DNA from: an uncultured Planctomycetaceae bacterium
GTDB taxonomy: Bacteria; Planctomycetota; Planctomycetia; Pirellulales; PALSA-1355
Assembly: GCA_963785305.1 (NCBI GenBank)
Contig: CAWAUV010000005.1
Span: 160,001 to 224,000, forward strand
Length of the DNA stretch: 64,000 nt
Reading direction: 5' to 3'
The translations under genes and the position numbers were made by a program. Positions 1-10,927 of the stretch are shown here, in pieces. Position 1 is the stretch's first letter, and each line of letters starts with the position of its first letter. The notes beneath the pieces were generated by a model. The model was not told where the DNA came from, made no database searches, and saw only the letters and a program-made list of their open reading frames with translations.

Positions 1-925
1 CGCGGCCGGTCCGACAAGCACGACGAACAAGGCGGGAAAAATGAAGAGCACGAGCGGAAAGATCAGCTTCACCGCGGTTTTCGCGGCCTTTTCCTCGGCC
101 AACTGACGTCGCTTGGTGCGCATCGATTCGCTCTGCACTCGCAGCGCCTGGGCCACGCTCGAGCCGAACTTATCGGCTTGGATCAGAATCGCGGCCAAGG
201 CGCGCAGGTCGTCGACGCCGGTTCGCTGCCCGAGTTCGTGGAGCACCTCGACTTTGGCCCGGCCCATTTGCAATTGGAAATTGCAAAGCGCGAATTCGCC
301 GGCCACGACCGGCGTGGTTCTCTTCATTTCCTCGGCCACTTTTCGCATCGCTTGATCGAGCCCCAGGCCGGCCTCGACGCACACCACCATCAGGTCGAGC
401 GTGTCGGGTAGCCCCAGGAAAATCGCCTCGCGACGCTTGCTGCCCAAGAACCACACCACGCCATCGGGCAGATAGAACAAGATTCCGGCGATCGCCACGA
501 TATGCATCAGGGCGTCTTGCGTGAAACCCGTGCGGAGCAGCTCCGTTCCGCCGGCCAAGACCAAGCCCAGGAGCAGCAGCGAGAACTTGAGACCGAGAAA
601 GATGCTTGGGGCCGTCTCGCCGCGAAAGCCGGCTTGCTTCAGTCGGCTGGCGAGCAGGCTGGCTTCCTTGGCGGTCTTGGGTTTGAGCGGAGCGGCCAGT
701 TTGGGCGAAGCCTTGGCCAGCATCGAAGTCATGGTCTGCGACTTCTTGATCGGCGAGCCGTCGGCGTTTTTCTTGCGCGACTGCGGATTCGCGATCTCAT
801 CGAGCCGATCTTCCGCGTTGCCCTTGCGCGGCGCCAGCAGGTCGAACGCCAACCAAACGGCACGGCGCAAGGCCGAACACGCCCGCGATGATGAAAACCT
901 GCACGGAAGCGAATTGCGCGAACAT
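1..925 (-). CDS. tadC: Tad pilus platform protein TadC (T2SS F family); runs off window start; apparent indel near 860-870
   Basis: Manual translation: ...LPDTLDLMVVCVEAGLGLDQAMRKVAEEM...LIQADKFGSSVAQALRVQSESMRTKRRQLAEEKAAKTAVKLIFPLVLFIFPALFVVLVGPAA; follows tadB. Confidence 0.9.
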
Positions 926-933
926 GATACCGC

Positions 934-1905
934 TCACACCTTGATATTGACGATCTTACGAATCACCAGCGCGCCGAGTAGCTGCAGCCCCAACCCGCCG
1001 GCGAGCATCTTCTTGCCCATCGGGTCGGTAAACAACGGCATCAGATAATCGGGGTTCAAATACCACACGGCGCCGAACAGCGCCGGCGGCAGCCCAAGCA
1101 ACACCACGCCCGAAAGACGTCCCTCGCCGGTGAGCGCCTGGACTTGTCCCCAGATTTTGAATCGCTCGCGGACGATGTAGCCGATTTTGTCGAGAATTTC
1201 GGCGAGATCGCCGCCGGTCTGACGCTGAAGCACCACGGCGGTGGCGAAGAACTTGAGATCGAGATTCGGGATGCGATTCGTAATATGATCGAGCGCTTCG
1301 TTGAGCGGGATACCCAGGTTCTGCTCCTCGAACACCCGACTGAATTCTTTCGAGATCGGCGCCTGCATTTCGTCGGCCACGAGACTGAAACCGGAGCCGA
1401 GGCTATGGCCGGCTCGCAGCGCCCGGCTCATGAGCTCCAGGGCATCGGGAAGTTGCTTGCCAAACGCCTTGAATCGCCGGTTGCGCTTCATGACCAGCCA
1501 AACCAGCGGCGCGAGCCCCAGGGCGATCGCCACCGCGGGCGCGAAGGCCAGGTGTAGCCCCAGGGTCGAGGGCACGACGATCCCCGACGCGGCCAGCACG
1601 CCGCAAATCATCAATATCTTCGCCGCCGAAATCGAGACATCGGCCTGCTCGATCAATAGCGGCAGATTGAGAAACCTGGCGACGAGCATCTCGACGGCGC
1701 TCGTGCCGGCGTTGAGCGGCTGCGACAGCAAGCTCTTGGTGACGGCGGCTTCGGTCGGCTTGCGGCCCATGCCGCCGGCGCCGGTGATCAGGCTCAGTCG
1801 ATCTTCGAGCGAAGTGTTGGCGCTGCCCTGAAACAGGGACGCGCCGGCGCCCACCAAGGCGGCGACGCACAGGAACACGGCGATCGGTATCAAGAGTGTC
1901 GTCAT
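934..1905 (-). CDS. tadB: Tad pilus platform protein TadB (T2SS F family)
   Basis: QLPDALELMSRALRAGHS, QRQTGGDLAEILDKI, ALTGEGRLS motifs; between cpaF and tadC. Confidence 0.92.
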   Translation of the reverse strand: MTTLLIPIAVFLCVAALVGAGASLFQGSANTSLEDRLSLITGAGGMGRKPTEAAVTKSLLSQPLNAGTSAVEMLVARFLNLPLLIEQADVSISAAKILMICGVLAASGIVVPSTLGLHLAFAPAVAIALGLAPLVWLVMKRNRRFKAFGKQLPDALELMSRALRAGHSLGSGFSLVADEMQAPISKEFSRVFEEQNLGIPLNEALDHITNRIPNLDLKFFATAVVLQRQTGGDLAEILDKIGYIVRERFKIWGQVQALTGEGRLSGVVLLGLPPALFGAVWYLNPDYLMPLFTDPMGKKMLAGGLGLQLLGALVIRKIVNIKV

Positions 1906-1970
1906 GGCTTTTCTCTCCCGCTCAACGGCCTCGCGGCGACCGGGTGTCGCTCGCGCCGCCCTCGGTCTCG

Positions 1971-3290
1971 TCAATCTTCCATCATCACCCGTTGCCGGAA
2001 CGCGCTGCTCGGCAGCCGCACGCCCGCCGACTCAAGGCGATCCATGAACGTGGGACGAATGCCGGTCGCCACGAATCGCCCGTGCGCGCGTCCCGATTCA
2101 TCGATGCCCGTCTGCTCGAAATGATAGATGTCTTGCATCACGATCGTGTCTTGCTCCATGCCCACGATCTCGGTGATGTGCGTGATCTTGCGCGGACCAC
2201 CCTGCAAACGGTTGGCCTGGATGATCAGGTCCACGGCGCTGGCCACCTGCTGACGCATCGCCTTGAGCGGCAGTTCGAAGCCGGCCATGCTAATCATGGT
2301 TTCGATGCGCGCGATCGCGTCGCGCGGCGTGTTGGCGTGGAGCGTCGTGAGCGAGCCTTCGTGGCCCGTGTTCATGGCCTGCAACATGTCGAGTGTTTCC
2401 GGACCGCGACACTCGCCGATGATCACGCGTTCGGGCCGCATGCGGAGGGCATTGCGCACGAGGTCCGTGGCCGTCACGGCGCCTTTGCCCTCGATATTGG
2501 CGGGACGCGTTTCGAGCCGCACGACATGCTCCTGCTGGAGCTGCAATTCGGCGGCGTCTTCGATCGTGACGATGCGGTCTTGGTTCGAGATAAAGCTCGA
2601 GAGCGTGTTGAGCAGCGTGGTCTTGCCGGAGCCGGTGCCGCCGGAAATGATGATATTCAATCGGGCCTTGATCGCCCCTTCGAGCAGCATCACCATTTCG
2701 GGCGTGAACGCCTTGTAGTTCAACAGATCCTCGAGCTTGAGCGGATTCGAGCCGAAGCGGCGAATCGATACCGCGGCGCCATCGAGCGCCAAGGGCGGAA
2801 TAATCGCGTTGACGCGCGAGCCATCTTGCAACCGCGCGTCGACCATCGGACACACTTCATCCACGCGCCGGCCCACTTTCGACACGATTCGGTCGATGAT
2901 CTGCATCAAGTGGTTGTTGTCGCGGAAGGAGACATTGGTGCGCTCCATCTTGCCGCGGCGCTCGACGTAAATATGTTTCGGCCCGTTGATCAGAATATCG
3001 CTGATCGTCGAGTCCTTGAGCAGCATTTCGAGCGGGCCAAGGCCGAAGGTTTCGTCGAGCACTTCGTCGACCAGACGCTCGCGTTCGTTGCGATTGAGCA
3101 GCGTGTCCTCGGTGTCGCATAGGTGCTCGACCACGAGTCGAATCTCGCGGCGCAGCACATCGCCGGCGAGCTCGCCCACGCGAGACATGTCGAGCTTATC
3201 CACGAGCTTGCTATGTATCTTGCGCTTGAGGTTTTCGAATTCCAGCGCTTTTTGATCGTCGGCGGTCCGAAGGGGAGCGATTGTTTTCAT
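1971..3290 (-). CDS. cpaF: Flp/Tad pilus assembly ATPase CpaF/TadA
   Basis: Walker [49 protein letters not shown]; start set at MKTIAPL. Confidence 0.95.
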   Translation of the reverse strand: MKTIAPLRTADDQKALEFENLKRKIHSKLVDKLDMSRVGELAGDVLRREIRLVVEHLCDTEDTLLNRNERERLVDEVLDETFGLGPLEMLLKDSTISDILINGPKHIYVERRGKMERTNVSFRDNNHLMQIIDRIVSKVGRRVDEVCPMVDARLQDGSRVNAIIPPLALDGAAVSIRRFGSNPLKLEDLLNYKAFTPEMVMLLEGAIKARLNIIISGGTGSGKTTLLNTLSSFISNQDRIVTIEDAAELQLQQEHVVRLETRPANIEGKGAVTATDLVRNALRMRPERVIIGECRGPETLDMLQAMNTGHEGSLTTLHANTPRDAIARIETMISMAGFELPLKAMRQQVASAVDLIIQANRLQGGPRKITHITEIVGMEQDTIVMQDIYHFEQTGIDESGRAHGRFVATGIRPTFMDRLESAGVRLPSSAFRQRVMMED

Positions 3291-3814
3291 GGTTGCAAAC
3301 AGTTCCTTTGCAGCGCGGGCAGGCGGTTGGGGCAGGCGGGGAGTGAAGCACGCGGAGGCTGTCGCCAATGCGCCTGCCCGGCGAGGCCGAGGGACCGGAC
3401 ACTCGACTGGAAGGCGCGCGGAAGCCTTGCAAAAGCTTAGCTTGAAGAAAGCAGCGGCGCGTGCCGATGGCGCCGGGCAAGGAAATTCGCGCAAAGCATC
3501 GCGAACCAGGGCGGCCATCGCGCTGCGGGGGGGGGGCCGCCGTTGCAATCGCGGAAGGGCGCCGCGAAATCGCGCATTTTGAGATACTAGAAGATGCCGC
3601 CGAAGCCGGTCATGGCGAATAAGCGTTCCGAATTACTTCGCGCCCCGCGTGATCGCGATTCCGCGAAGGGGCATTCCATGCTTGGCCCGCGCGACAGGTG
3701 GGAATGTAGCGAATTTCGGGGTTATGCTCTACGCGCCACGTCGTGCGCAATATTCCCAACCGCCGGGGGCTCCGTCGGAATCGCCGAAGCAGCGACCGAG
3801 GAGTGAATGACCGC

Positions 3815-4054
3815 TCAGTGAGTCGTCGCGAAGTTCAGCGAATCACTTGTCGATTTCAGCCACAGGGCGCCTTGGTGCGCCGGTTGAGCCGAGAGCTTTT
3901 CCCCGCTCGGGGCCAACTCGCCGCGAAGAACACGGCAAGATCGCGGGGCCGAGATGCCCAACTTGATTCGTTGGCCTTGAACTTCGAGCACCGTTAGCAC
4001 GATGTCGTCACCGATGCAGATTTGCTCGCCCACTTTTCTGCTGAGAACCAACAT
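3815..4054 (-). CDS. csrA: Carbon storage regulator CsrA/RsmA family RNA-binding protein
   Basis: MLVLSRKVGEQICIGDDIVLTVLEVQGQRIKLGISAPRSCRVLRGEL. Confidence 0.92.
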   Translation of the reverse strand: MLVLSRKVGEQICIGDDIVLTVLEVQGQRIKLGISAPRSCRVLRGELAPSGEKLSAQPAHQGALWLKSTSDSLNFATTH

Positions 4055-4194
4055 GCTTCCATCCTCCATGAAAGATTGAGCTTCCCGCGAGTCCCGACTC
4101 CTAAATGTCGAGACAAATTTACCGTCAGCGCTCCGGGACTCGCCGTCATTCTCCCGGGCTCGGCGGCCGCGTCGAGATTGAGGGTTAGGAAGGA

Positions 4195-4210
4195 AGCAAT
4201 ATCCGTGCCG
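4195..4210 (-). promoter_or_regulatory. Sigma54 (-24/-12) promoter upstream of csrA
   Basis: Minus strand CGGCACGGATATTGCT versus consensus TGGCACGNNNNTTGCW, exact spacing. Confidence 0.7.
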
Positions 4211-4705
4211 GAGTATCGTCTAGGATGGGGAATTGCTCTAAGGCCCAATGTCCACAAAGTTTAGTCGTGCTATCATCGTTAGCGAGCACATGGACACCAA
4301 TATGCCAAATTGGCCGTTCATGGATCAGCGGTTTGTATCGATTTCGACCAGCGTTTGCAAACGCCCGCATTTTGCAAACTCAATCGACACATAACTTTGA
4401 GGCAACGGCCCGCCATGGGGCAGCCAACGGGCGCCCAACCCGACCAGACGATTGAATGGCAGGCAAACTTGGGGCCATGGGCGGTCATTTGTTCCCCGTG
4501 ACGCCATGCTGTCCGCCGCATAGAATGGCGATCGAAACAATCCTGTCGGCCAGCGCGAGGCAAACTTTGTGCGAGGAGCCGAACTGTGTGCGGAATTCAC
4601 GTTTGACGAGTGGGCCCAGCGCGCTTTCAAGAACCGTTGCCCTATAGATTACCTGCGTGTTTGCAAAACGCGAGCTTCTGGGCCTCAGGAGGTTATTAGC
4701 GTCTC

Positions 4706-5121
4706 ATGGTGCGAATCAATGTCGAATACGAGGGGGCGCTCCGCCTGCGCCGCCATTCACGAACCCTCGGGCTCGCTTGGCGACCGACGCGCCGGTGGAC
4801 AACCACGGTCGCGGCGAATCGTTTTCGCCGACCGATCTGGTCGCCACCGCTCTTGCCACCTGCATGGCCACGATCATGGGCATCCATGCCGAGCGCCACG
4901 CGATCGATTTGCGCGGCATGCGGCTTAGCGTGGAAAAGGAAATGACTTCGAGCGGAACGCGGCGCATTCAGCGACTGACGGTCGAAATCTTCGTGCCGCT
5001 CGCGGCTGACCATCCGCATCGCGAGGCCCTGGAGCGGGCTGCCTTGGCGTGCCCAGTGCATCACAGCCTGCATCCCGACGTGGCCAAACCGGTTGTATTT
5101 CATTGGCGGGAAAATTCCTGA
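4706..5121 (+). CDS. OsmC/Ohr family protein (indels near 4745-4780)
   Basis: MVRINVEYEGALR... joined to TDAPVDNHGRGESFSPTDLVATALATC...ACPVHHSL. Confidence 0.88.
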
Positions 5122-5123
5122 CC

Positions 5124-6245
5124 GTGGGGCCAAGACGAAAACCGAATCCGCCGCCGCGGGCACGAGCCACGCCGAGTCAGCCGGCGCCGGCGCCTCCATC
5201 CGCGCTCGCGGCGAAGGCATCCGCGAGCGATGCGAAGCCGAAGCCGCCGGTCCGGTCGGCATGGTGGAATTGGCTGCGTTCGCGGTTCGCGTTGCGAGCC
5301 ACGGCCTGGTCGGCATTGCACTTGGCGAGCTTGGGCGTGGCGCTGTTTGCCGCGGCCGGTTGCCTGGGCCGACTTGGCTGGCCGATCGAGCTCTGCAGTC
5401 ATTTTCGCGTGCAATATGGTTCGCTGTTGGCGCTAGCGACCTTGTGTTACCTTGCCGGCCGGCGCTGGCCCGCGGCCCTGGCGACGGGGCTCATCGCGGC
5501 GGCCAATCTGTATTTGGTCGTGCCGCGCGGCGTGGCGCCGCGACCGGTCGAGGGGCGGCATGTGTTGCGGTTGCTCGAGAGCAATCTCCATGTCAGAAAC
5601 CACGACTATCCGCGCACGCTCGATTTCATTCGCTCCGCCAAGCCGGATATCGTGGTGCTGATCGAAGTCGACTTCGGATGGGCCGAGGCGATGCGGGCGC
5701 TTGAATCCGAGTTTCCCCACCGGCGCGCGATTCCGGCGCATCGCTCCCAAGGCATCGCGCTCTATAGCCGGCTACCGCTCGAAAGCGTCGAAGAGGTGCT
5801 GCTCGGACGGCAAGACAAGCTCACGCTGGCGATCAAGATTCGGGTGCTCCTCGACGGCCGCCGCCTGACGCTCATCGGCACGCATCCGTATTCGCCCACC
5901 AGCAGGGTGAACTTTACTGCCCGCAACCAGCAGTTCGTCGATTTGGCCAAATTGGCCACGGGCGAATCCAACCCGGTGATCGTGCTGGGCGATTTGAACG
6001 TGAGTCCGTGGTCGCCTTATTTTCATGATCTCGCGGCGTCGTCGCGGCTGGTGGATAGCCGGCTAGCGTTTGGCATTCAGGCCACTTGGCCGACGGCGAT
6101 CTGGCCGCTGCGCATTCCGATCGATCATTGTCTCGTCTCGCCCGAGATCGCGGTCAACCAGCGAATGGTCGGCCCGAGCACCGGTTCCGACCATCTGCCG
6201 ATCGTGGTCGATGTGTCGTGGGCCGAGCCTCCACCGCCGCGCTGA
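5124..6245 (+). CDS. Membrane-anchored endonuclease/exonuclease/phosphatase family protein (start uncertain)
   Basis: N-terminal TM helices with ELCSHFRVQY; GDLN, IDHCLVS, GSDHLP motifs. Confidence 0.85.
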   Translation: MGPRRKPNPPPRARATPSQPAPAPPSALAAKASASDAKPKPPVRSAWWNWLRSRFALRATAWSALHLASLGVALFAAAGCLGRLGWPIELCSHFRVQYGSLLALATLCYLAGRRWPAALATGLIAAANLYLVVPRGVAPRPVEGRHVLRLLESNLHVRNHDYPRTLDFIRSAKPDIVVLIEVDFGWAEAMRALESEFPHRRAIPAHRSQGIALYSRLPLESVEEVLLGRQDKLTLAIKIRVLLDGRRLTLIGTHPYSPTSRVNFTARNQQFVDLAKLATGESNPVIVLGDLNVSPWSPYFHDLAASSRLVDSRLAFGIQATWPTAIWPLRIPIDHCLVSPEIAVNQRMVGPSTGSDHLPIVVDVSWAEPPPPR

Positions 6246-6481
6246 GTTTTCGGCCGGCGCGTGCGGCCATGCTTCAGGTTCTCTCACCCGCTCTCGCCAG
6301 CTCGCGCGCGTCGGGCCTTGGGGTTCCGATTGTGACGAAGAAAGCGGCCTCGGTCGCGCGCCTCGCTGGATGAATTCTCTACCCTCCCGGAATACAATGG
6401 AAGGAAACACCGGCACGGCAAATAGGCCAACGACCCAGGGCTTTTTCGAGGGAAGCCCGAGCTCCGAGGAGGCTGATTCTC

Positions 6482-7474
6482 ATGCGTTCTTCAGAATGGC
6501 GAGTTGTCGCGGCGTCGCTGATTGGAATCGCGCTCTGCTGGGCGATTTGCCCGCTGCCGCCGGCGCTGGCCCAGTTCAAGGCCGCGACCGAGCAAAAGTC
6601 CGACGACAAGGGGCCGCGGCTCGACCGCGCCGTGACCCAGCGGCTCAAAGTGGGCATCGTCATCAAGGCCACGGCCGGCCCCTGCCAAGATATCTACGCC
6701 ACGTCGCCCATTCCGTCGGACTGGCCCGAGCAGCAAGTGAACGTGGTGCAGGAGGAAATCTCGCCCTTGGTGGTGGATCACGACGATCGTGACACTCACG
6801 GCGGCACGAAGCAGATGGTGATCGATGTGCCGAGCGTTCCGGCCGGTCAATCGGCGCCTTGTCTCGTCACGTACGAAATCACGCGCCGCACATCGCTGCC
6901 GCCCACCGCGACCGAGGGCTACACGATCCCGAGGAAACTCGACCGGGCCACGATGCTCTATCTCGGCCCGAGTCCATATATCGAAACTCGCCATGCCAAG
7001 ATCACGGCGCTCGCCAAGGAGCTCACCGCCCATAAGGAGCACGACTGGCAAAAAGTCGAGGCGATCTTCGATTATGTGCGCGAGCATGTGAAGTTCGTGC
7101 ATGGCGAACTGAAAGGCTCGGTGCGCGCGCTTGCCGACAAGTCGGGCGACAGCGAGGACCTGGCGTCGCTGTTTATCGCGATCTGCCGGGCCGCCAAGAT
7201 TCCCGCCCGCACCGTGTGGGTGCTCGGCCACTGCTATCCCGAGTTCTATCTGGCCGACGACGCGGGCGTGGGCCACTGGTTTCCTTGCCAGGTGGCGGGC
7301 GAGCGCGAATTCGGCGGCATCAGCGAAACCCGCGCGATCTTGCAGAAGGGCGACAACTTCAAGGACCCCGACCGCCCGCGCGATAAGTTTCGCTATGTGT
7401 CGGAATATCTCAAAGTCGGCGGCGCCACGGCCAAGCCCGAGGTGAGTTTCGTGCGGCAAGTCGTGGGCATGTAG
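6482..7474 (+). CDS. Exported transglutaminase-like domain protein
   Basis: Signal peptide; GDSEDLASLFIAICRAAKIPARTVWVLGHCYPEFY. Confidence 0.8.
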   Translation: MRSSEWRVVAASLIGIALCWAICPLPPALAQFKAATEQKSDDKGPRLDRAVTQRLKVGIVIKATAGPCQDIYATSPIPSDWPEQQVNVVQEEISPLVVDHDDRDTHGGTKQMVIDVPSVPAGQSAPCLVTYEITRRTSLPPTATEGYTIPRKLDRATMLYLGPSPYIETRHAKITALAKELTAHKEHDWQKVEAIFDYVREHVKFVHGELKGSVRALADKSGDSEDLASLFIAICRAAKIPARTVWVLGHCYPEFYLADDAGVGHWFPCQVAGEREFGGISETRAILQKGDNFKDPDRPRDKFRYVSEYLKVGGATAKPEVSFVRQVVGM

Positions 7475-7525
7475 TCTCGAGCCTTTTCGCCGGCCGCGGA
7501 AGTTTCCCCGAGATAATCGCGGCGA

Positions 7526-8425
7526 TCACTTCTCCGGCCCGCTCGCGGCAATGCGCCCGGTCTCGGGGCTGCTCGCCGTGGCATAAAGCTTCTTGGGAAT
7601 GCGGCCAGCCAGATACGAAAGCCGCCCGGCCTCGATGCCCGCTTTCATCGCCCGGGCCATGATCAGTGGATCGCGGGCATGCGCGATCGCGGTGTTGAGC
7701 AACACGCCATCGACGCCCAGTTCCATGGCCATCGCCACATCGCTCGCCGCGCCGACGCCCGCGTCGACAATCACCGGGTAATCGGGATCGCCGTCCTTGA
7801 GGTATTCGAGGCAAATACGAATGTTGTTGGGGTTCAAGACCCCTTGGCCCGAGCCGATCGGGCTGCCGGCCGGCATCACGCTCGTGGCCCCGGCCGCTTT
7901 GAGCCGGCGGGCGAGCATCGGGTCGTCGGTCGTGTAGCAGAGTACTTGAAAGCCATCGGCGACGAGCTTTTCGGTGGCCGCGAGCGTGCCAATCGGATCG
8001 GGCAGCAGGGTTTTCGTATCGCCCAGCACTTCGAGCTTCACCCAATCGGCGCCGGGGTTTTCCAGCCCCAGCAAGATTTCCCTTCCGAGTCGGGCCACGC
8101 GCACCGCGTCGTCGGCCGTGAAACAGCCGGCCGTGTTGGGTAGCAGCGTGTAGCGGCGAGTGTCGATGTGGTCGAGCAGATTGGCGCCGCGCGCGTCGAT
8201 CAGCCGTTCGCGTCGCACGGCCACGGTAATGCAGTCGGCGCCCGAGAGCTCGAGCGAGCGCGCCATGATCTCGTAGTCGGCGTATTTGCCGGTGCCGACG
8301 ATCAAGCGGCTGGTGAGCGTGTGCGTGCCGACTTGTAGCGAGTCGCTCGAGCGTGGAGCGACGCTCCCGGTGGGTGAAACGGCCGAGGGCGAAGCGGCGG
8401 AAGGCGAAGCGGCGGACGGATTCAT
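7526..8425 (-). CDS. thiG: Thiazole synthase
   Basis: [58 protein letters not shown]. Confidence 0.96.
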   Translation of the reverse strand: MNPSAASPSAASPSAVSPTGSVAPRSSDSLQVGTHTLTSRLIVGTGKYADYEIMARSLELSGADCITVAVRRERLIDARGANLLDHIDTRRYTLLPNTAGCFTADDAVRVARLGREILLGLENPGADWVKLEVLGDTKTLLPDPIGTLAATEKLVADGFQVLCYTTDDPMLARRLKAAGATSVMPAGSPIGSGQGVLNPNNIRICLEYLKDGDPDYPVIVDAGVGAASDVAMAMELGVDGVLLNTAIAHARDPLIMARAMKAGIEAGRLSYLAGRIPKKLYATASSPETGRIAASGPEK

Positions 8426-8630
8426 AAGTCGAGTCGCGGCGAGGTTGGTTCGGGGGGGATACAAGCTTTCAGCCGGCCGGCTGGGGCGCCAAGATTGCTC
8501 CGCCATTGTAGGAGTTTCCGCCCGCGGCGCCGAGGAGTGAGCCGGGCAAGAAAAGCGCGAGCCGTTGGCGAGACGCGTCGCCGCCCGATCGACAGGCCCT
8601 CGACGGCCTGTTGAAATATTCAGCAGGCCA

Positions 8631-8831
8631 TTAGCCGCCACCGACAAGCGTGACCACTTCCAGCCGATCGCCGGGCGCGAGTCGCCGGGCTTCATGCGCG
8701 GAGCGCGGCACGAGTTGCTCATTGACCTCGACCGCCACATGCCGCACGGTGATGCCGAGCTCGAGGAGCAAGCCGCCAATCGTCAGATCGGCGGACACTT
8801 CGCGGCCTTCGCCGTTGACAAAAATCCGCAT
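8631..8831 (-). CDS. thiS: Sulfur carrier protein ThiS
   Basis: MRIFVNGE...[12 protein letters not shown]...[12 protein letters not shown] with C-terminal GG. Confidence 0.95.
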   Translation of the reverse strand: MRIFVNGEGREVSADLTIGGLLLELGITVRHVAVEVNEQLVPRSAHEARRLAPGDRLEVVTLVGGG

Positions 8832-8867
8832 GGGCGCCAACCAACACAAAAGGTCCACGGGTAGCAA

Positions 8868-9379
8868 TCAATCCACGGGGGCCCGAACCGCGGCCGTGCG
8901 AAACTTGATGATATCCATCGGCAAGAAGGTTCCCTTGATGGTCGTGTTGAGCTGCTGCCGGCCGGGAGTCCAGGGCAGACCATAGCAGGCCAATTGTCCC
9001 GAAGTCATTTCGGCCACATAGATCACGCTCACGCCGATCGGGACATTCAACTGTCGCCGCACATCGGCCATGCCCGTGACCATCAGGTACTTGGGATTCT
9101 TGATCGAGCCGAAATCCTTGCTCACGTTGTAGGAGTAGAACGTGAGAAAGGTGCGGGTGTTGATGCTCAGCACGCAGGCTTTAAGGTCGCCGGTGATGAA
9201 GTCGAGCATGTAGACCGCTTCCATCTGGTCTTCGACCAGACCGGTGGCGATCGCGAAATTGTCTTGGCCATGCGTGGCCGAGGCATGCACCGGAATCTGC
9301 GGCCAGTAGCCGGCCACGTTGAGCCCGACAACCAACCCCACGGCAAAACCGATCGATAGCCAGCTTGCGCAGATTTCAT
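8868..9379 (-). CDS. Exported hypothetical protein (N-terminal indel likely)
   Basis: Hydrophobic N-terminus followed by HASATHGQDNFAIATG...DFITGDL...YLMVTG; coding-like composition. Confidence 0.7.
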
Positions 9380-9500
9380 GGGAGAATTCCTGAGAAAGGC
9401 CCGAGCAGGGCCGCAAGCAAACGTAACGTCCGCGCTTGGGCTTGCCCAACGCCATTTTATCGCGAGCCGCCCTCCGATGCCAGAGAGACTTGCCGGACCG

Positions 9501-10751
9501 CAGGGCCAATCATTGTTCTAGTCTAGCGGAAGTCTCCCGCGTAGGATGAGTGTGTACGTGCGTCCACTCACCTTTATTCTGCTGGAGATGCTTGCATGGC
9601 GACTGCCGAAGCAACGAGTCTGCTCGATTTCTTGTCGCGGATTCCCGATCCTCGTGGGCGGCGGGGGCGACGCTTTTCGCTCTCGGCCATGATGGCCACC
9701 GTGGTTTGCGGAATCCTTTGCGGTCACCGAGGTTACAAGGCGATCGCCGATTGGATCGCGTCGCAGGACCGAAAAATCTGGTGGTTGCTGGGCTATTGGC
9801 GCAAGCCTCCTTGCGCCAATGCCTTCCGTGATCTGATCCTGGCCCTCGACCCCGTGATTTTAGAGCAGTGCGTGCGAGAATGGGTCGAGTCGCAACTGGG
9901 CGAGGTTGTGGATGAGGCAAAGTTGTCCGCCGTCGCGATGGATGGCAAGTCCCTGTGCGGAGTGCTGAACGCGCACGGACGGACGGCCCATCTGCTGTCC
10001 TTGTACGACCAAGAAACCGGCTATGTCTTGAGTCAGATGGAAGTCGATGGCAAGACCAACGAGATCACCGCCGCGCCGGAACTCTTGGAAACGATCGTCT
10101 TGAAAGGCCGCGTCATCACGGGCGACGCCCTGCTGTGTCAGCGCGAGATCTGCCAGAAAATCATCGACGGCGGCGGGCATTATCTCCTGGTGGTCAAAGA
10201 CAATCAGCCGACTCTAATGCAGGCCATCGCCGCCGAGTTCGAGCCGGCCTTTTCCCCCCTATAACGAGAAGCAACGCCAATCCCATCTCGATGTCGCCGA
10301 AACGTTGAACAAGGGACACGGCCGACGAGAACATCGCTCTCTGCAAGCTTCGACCCGGTTGGCGAAGCACTTGGATTGGCCCGGCCTGGAGCAGGTCTGC
10401 CGACTCGACCGCACGACCTGGCGCAAGGGCATTCAGACCCACGAAGTGGCGTATGCCATTTCCAGCGCACCACGACCCAAAGGCTCGGCCGCCGACCTGC
10501 TGGGCTGGTGGCGCGGGCACTGGGGCATCGAAAACAAGTCCCACTGGGTTCGCGACGTGGTTCTGGGCGAGGACGCCTGCCGAATCCGCAAGGGCAGCGC
10601 GCCCCAGGCGTTCAGCACGCTCCGCAATGCGGGCCTTACCCTCCTACGATCGCTAGGCTGCACCCAAATCGCCCAAACTCTGCGAGAAAACGCCGCCCGA
10701 GTCGACCGCCTCCTCACCAGACTCGGCATCTTGAAAGAATGAGCGACCCTG
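9501..10751 (+). mobile_element. ISAs1-family insertion sequence
   Basis: Imperfect IRs CAGGGCCAATCATT (9501) and revcomp CAGGGTCGCTCATT (ends 10751) flanking a transposase; no clear target duplication. Confidence 0.88.
9596..10742 (+). CDS. ISAs1 transposase in two frames (+1 shift at about 10250-10264)
   Basis: IPDPRGRRGRR, AMDGKSL, KTNEI, ITGDALLCQ, VKDNQPTL; then KGHGRREHR, RGHWGIENKSHWVRDVVLGED. Confidence 0.92.
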
Positions 10752-10927
10752 CCCGCCATCCAAGAACGCGCCCGCGGCGGGGTTTCGGGGCGGCGCCATC
10801 GCGCCAACCGCTAGAACCGTTTGGCGCCTCGCGCGGCCGAGCCCGGAGGCCGAAGCCGGCGGCAACCTATATTTTTCATGCGGAAGGTTCGGGTTGGCCA
10901 CGGCAAGTGAAAGTCGGGGGGGTGGTT

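Noticed and set aside
3450..3467. Sigma54-like CGGCACGCGCCGCTGCT upstream of cpaF (minus strand)
   Set aside because: GG-to-GC spacing is 11 rather than 10 and the -12 TT is missing
8426..9500. TPP riboswitch near thiS/thiG
   Set aside because: No CTGAGA...ACCTGA core in a suitable arrangement seen on the coding strand
10376..10927. 638-aa ORF apparently fusing IS sequence to the O-antigen ligase
   Set aside because: Off-frame read-through of the IS; the likely start is GTG at about 10928
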